Below, piece by piece: positions 1-4,019 of a DNA stretch of 4,019 nucleotides. The position numbers and the translations under genes were made by a program. The DNA is taken from IMG/VR virus record IMGVR_UViG_2703718782_000019; one strand, written 5' to 3'. The first letter of the stretch is position 1. Each line of letters opens with the position of its first letter. This stretch comes from a virus (taxonomy: Duplodnaviria > Heunggongvirae > Uroviricota > Caudoviricetes). The notes under the pieces are model-generated. The model made no database searches, was not told the DNA's origin, and saw nothing but the letters and a program-made list of their open reading frames with translations.

Positions 1-2943
<2,943 letters not shown>

Positions 2944-3046
2944 ACAGCCTTCCCCTGAATAAATTAACCGCCACTTGCCATTCCGTACAGAAGTCGGATA
3001 TCCTTCGCCCGAAAAGCATGAAACACATTTCTGCCATGCTAAAGAG

Positions 3047-3082
3047 AAACCCCGGTATCAGCAGATACCGGGGTTTTCTTTC
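3047..3082. terminator. Bidirectional Rho-independent terminator hairpin
   Basis: Perfect 13-bp inverted repeat AAACCCCGGTATC (3047-3059) / GATACCGGGGTTT (3064-3076) around a 4-nt loop AGCA. The GC-rich core CCCCGGTATC/GATACCGGGG is followed by TTTTCTTTC on the plus strand and by TTTCTCTTT on the minus strand. Confidence 0.55.
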
Positions 3083-3148
3083 ATGCCCACCGATAATCCT
3101 GTTGGTTAAAACCGGTAATGGCATAAAAATTCTGAATATCTTCACATT

Positions 3149-3176
3149 TTCACACACTGACTGTGGCGCTTATAAT
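3149..3176 (+). promoter_or_regulatory. Sigma70-type promoter, -35 TTCACA (3149-3154), 16-bp spacer, -10 TATAAT (3171-3176)
   Basis: Perfect -10 hexamer and a 5/6 match to the -35 consensus at 16-bp spacing. An AT-rich tract lies upstream (GCATAAAAATTCTGAATATC), and a second TTCACA copy sits at 3141-3146. Predicted transcription start is about 3183-3185. It points away from J and towards the 3' end of I. Confidence 0.5.
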
Positions 3177-3182
3177 TTCGCT

Positions 3183-3280
3183 GCGTTAGTGTTTTTTTGC
3201 CCGAGTAACAAAAACAACTCCTTAACATTGATCTTCATTTGTCTGTCCCCGCAGCTCCGCGATCACTGCGGGATTTTTTT
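3183..3280 (+). ncRNA. Candidate small RNA of about 98 nt (promoter to intrinsic terminator), convergent with I
   Basis: Bounded by the TTCACA-16-TATAAT promoter and the terminator at 3247-3280. There is no ATG in the transcript and no plausible ORF. The layout is a 5' region with a CA-rich single-stranded stretch (UAACAAAAACAACUCCUUAACA), an AU-rich stretch (CAUUUGUCUGU), then a GC hairpin and U7 tail, which is typical of Hfq-dependent sRNAs. Confidence 0.35.
3247..3280 (+). terminator. Rho-independent terminator: GC-rich stem plus T7 tract
   Basis: Stem CCCGCAG (3248-3254) / CTGCGGG (3266-3272), loop CTCCGCGATCA, followed by A then TTTTTTT (3274-3280). On the minus strand the hairpin is preceded by an A-run rather than followed by U's, so it is plus-strand specific. 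It ends 6 nt from the I stop codon. Confidence 0.6.
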
Positions 3281-3285
3281 ATGTT

Positions 3286-3966
3286 TTATCCCTGTCGCCC
3301 GACAACCACGACCGTTCCGCCCCCGCCTTCATCACGGGTGCTGATGTCCTGGGATATACGGCGGGAGCCAACCAGCATTTCCCCGTAAGGCACCGGCATC
3401 GGGTTCCCCTGGGCAATCATGTTATCCAGCGAGGAAAAGTACGTGTTCTGTCTGCCGTTATCCGTTGCGCGGTAATCCGGTGTTTTTGCCTTCGGGGCCA
3501 GCATCTGGGCCACACCGCCCAGAATCATGCTGGCTCCAAGTGAAAACAGCATTGTGGTGGCAGAAAAACCACCGGCTGCCAGGGCTGAACCCCATAACGC
3601 CATTGATGCCCCGGCAGTGAAGAAAGAGCCCACGATGGCTGCCGCCCCCAGCACAATCTGCAGTCCACCCTTTCCGGCCCCGGCCAGTCGCGGCACAATA
3701 TGGATGACCGTTCCCTCACCCAGCTGTTCGTGAAGACGGGCGTACACCGCCTCCGGTGCCGTGTCATAACCGGCAATACGTATCTGGTACCAGCCTTCGT
3801 TCATCTGACGGCGAAAGCCCGGCACCTGTAACGACAGCGCCCGGATGGCTTCCGCTGCCGTGTTCACATACAGGCTGAGGCGGCGGCCAAATCGTTGTAA
3901 ATCCCCGTGAAGGCAGATGCGTGCCAGTGGCGGTGACGCCAGACAGAATGCGTTCGTCGTTGCCAT
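3286..3966 (-). CDS. I: Tail assembly protein I
   Basis: 226-aa ORF MATTNAFCLASPPLARICLHGDLQRFGRRLSLYVNTAAEAIRAL...GASMILGGVAQMLAPKAKTPDYRATDNGRQNTYFSSLDNMIAQGN...YGEMLVGSRRISQDISTRDEGGGG, collinear with and highly similar to lambda gpI, which I recall as about 223 aa. ATG at 3966-3964 with GGGAGAGG upstream; stop TAA at 3288-3286. Confidence 0.9.
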   Translation of the reverse strand: MATTNAFCLASPPLARICLHGDLQRFGRRLSLYVNTAAEAIRALSLQVPGFRRQMNEGWYQIRIAGYDTAPEAVYARLHEQLGEGTVIHIVPRLAGAGKGGLQIVLGAAAIVGSFFTAGASMALWGSALAAGGFSATTMLFSLGASMILGGVAQMLAPKAKTPDYRATDNGRQNTYFSSLDNMIAQGNPMPVPYGEMLVGSRRISQDISTRDEGGGGTVVVVGRQG

Positions 3967-4019
3967 TTTTCGGAATACCTCTCCCGTTTACTCAGTTGTT
4001 CAGGCAGATGGTGAAGCAG
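3864..4019 (-). CDS. K: Tail assembly protein K, C-terminal end (partial; 5' part lies beyond window end)
   Basis: Minus-strand frame with codon tops at 4019, 4016 ... reads LLHHLPEQLSKRERYSEKWQRRTHSVWRHRHWHASAFTGIYNDLAAASACM*, matching the C-terminus of lambda gpK as I recall it (...GELLHHIPEQLSKRERYTDKWQRRTHSLWRHRAWRASAFTGIYNDL...). Stop TGA at 3866-3864. It overlaps the I start by 103 nt, the same K/I overlap length I recall for lambda. Confidence 0.85.
   Translation of the reverse strand: MLHHLPEQLSKRERYSEKWQRRTHSVWRHRHWHASAFTGIYNDLAAASACM

Larger units (their letters stand above)
2944..3285. other. Non-coding, AT-richer moron-like insertion between I and J, carrying a promoter and two intrinsic terminators
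   Basis: 342 bp separate the I stop (3286-3288) from the J start (2943). No convincing long ORF: the 141-aa plus and 77-aa minus ORFs both read through terminator hairpins. By eye the composition is AT-richer than the flanking tail genes. Confidence 0.6.

Noticed and set aside
3525-3776. ORFs 3525..3776 (minus) and 3527..3733 (plus) inside gene I
   Set aside because: Alternative-frame and antisense ORFs embedded in the well-supported I coding sequence, with no independent signals.

Overview
This window is the distal tail-tip region of a lambda-like (lambdoid) prophage, with all genes on the minus strand in the lambda late-operon order K, I, J. It holds the 3' end of K (3864..4019), a complete I (3286..3966) overlapping K by 103 nt, and most of J (1..2943), whose 3' end continues past position 1. 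Two things stand out. First, J is broken: the N-terminal 602-codon ORF stops at a TAA at 1135-1137, and J homology carries on immediately in another frame to the window edge. Second, the I-J spacer is 342 bp and non-coding, where I recall about 60 bp in lambda. It carries a near-consensus sigma70 promoter on the plus strand (TTCACA-16-TATAAT), a strong intrinsic terminator about 100 nt downstream, and a perfect 13-bp bidirectional terminator hairpin just upstream of the J start. I read this as a moron-like insertion encoding a candidate small RNA of about 98 nt, convergent with I. Protein identifications rest on my own six-frame translation compared with lambda K, I and J recalled from memory; no database search was possible.
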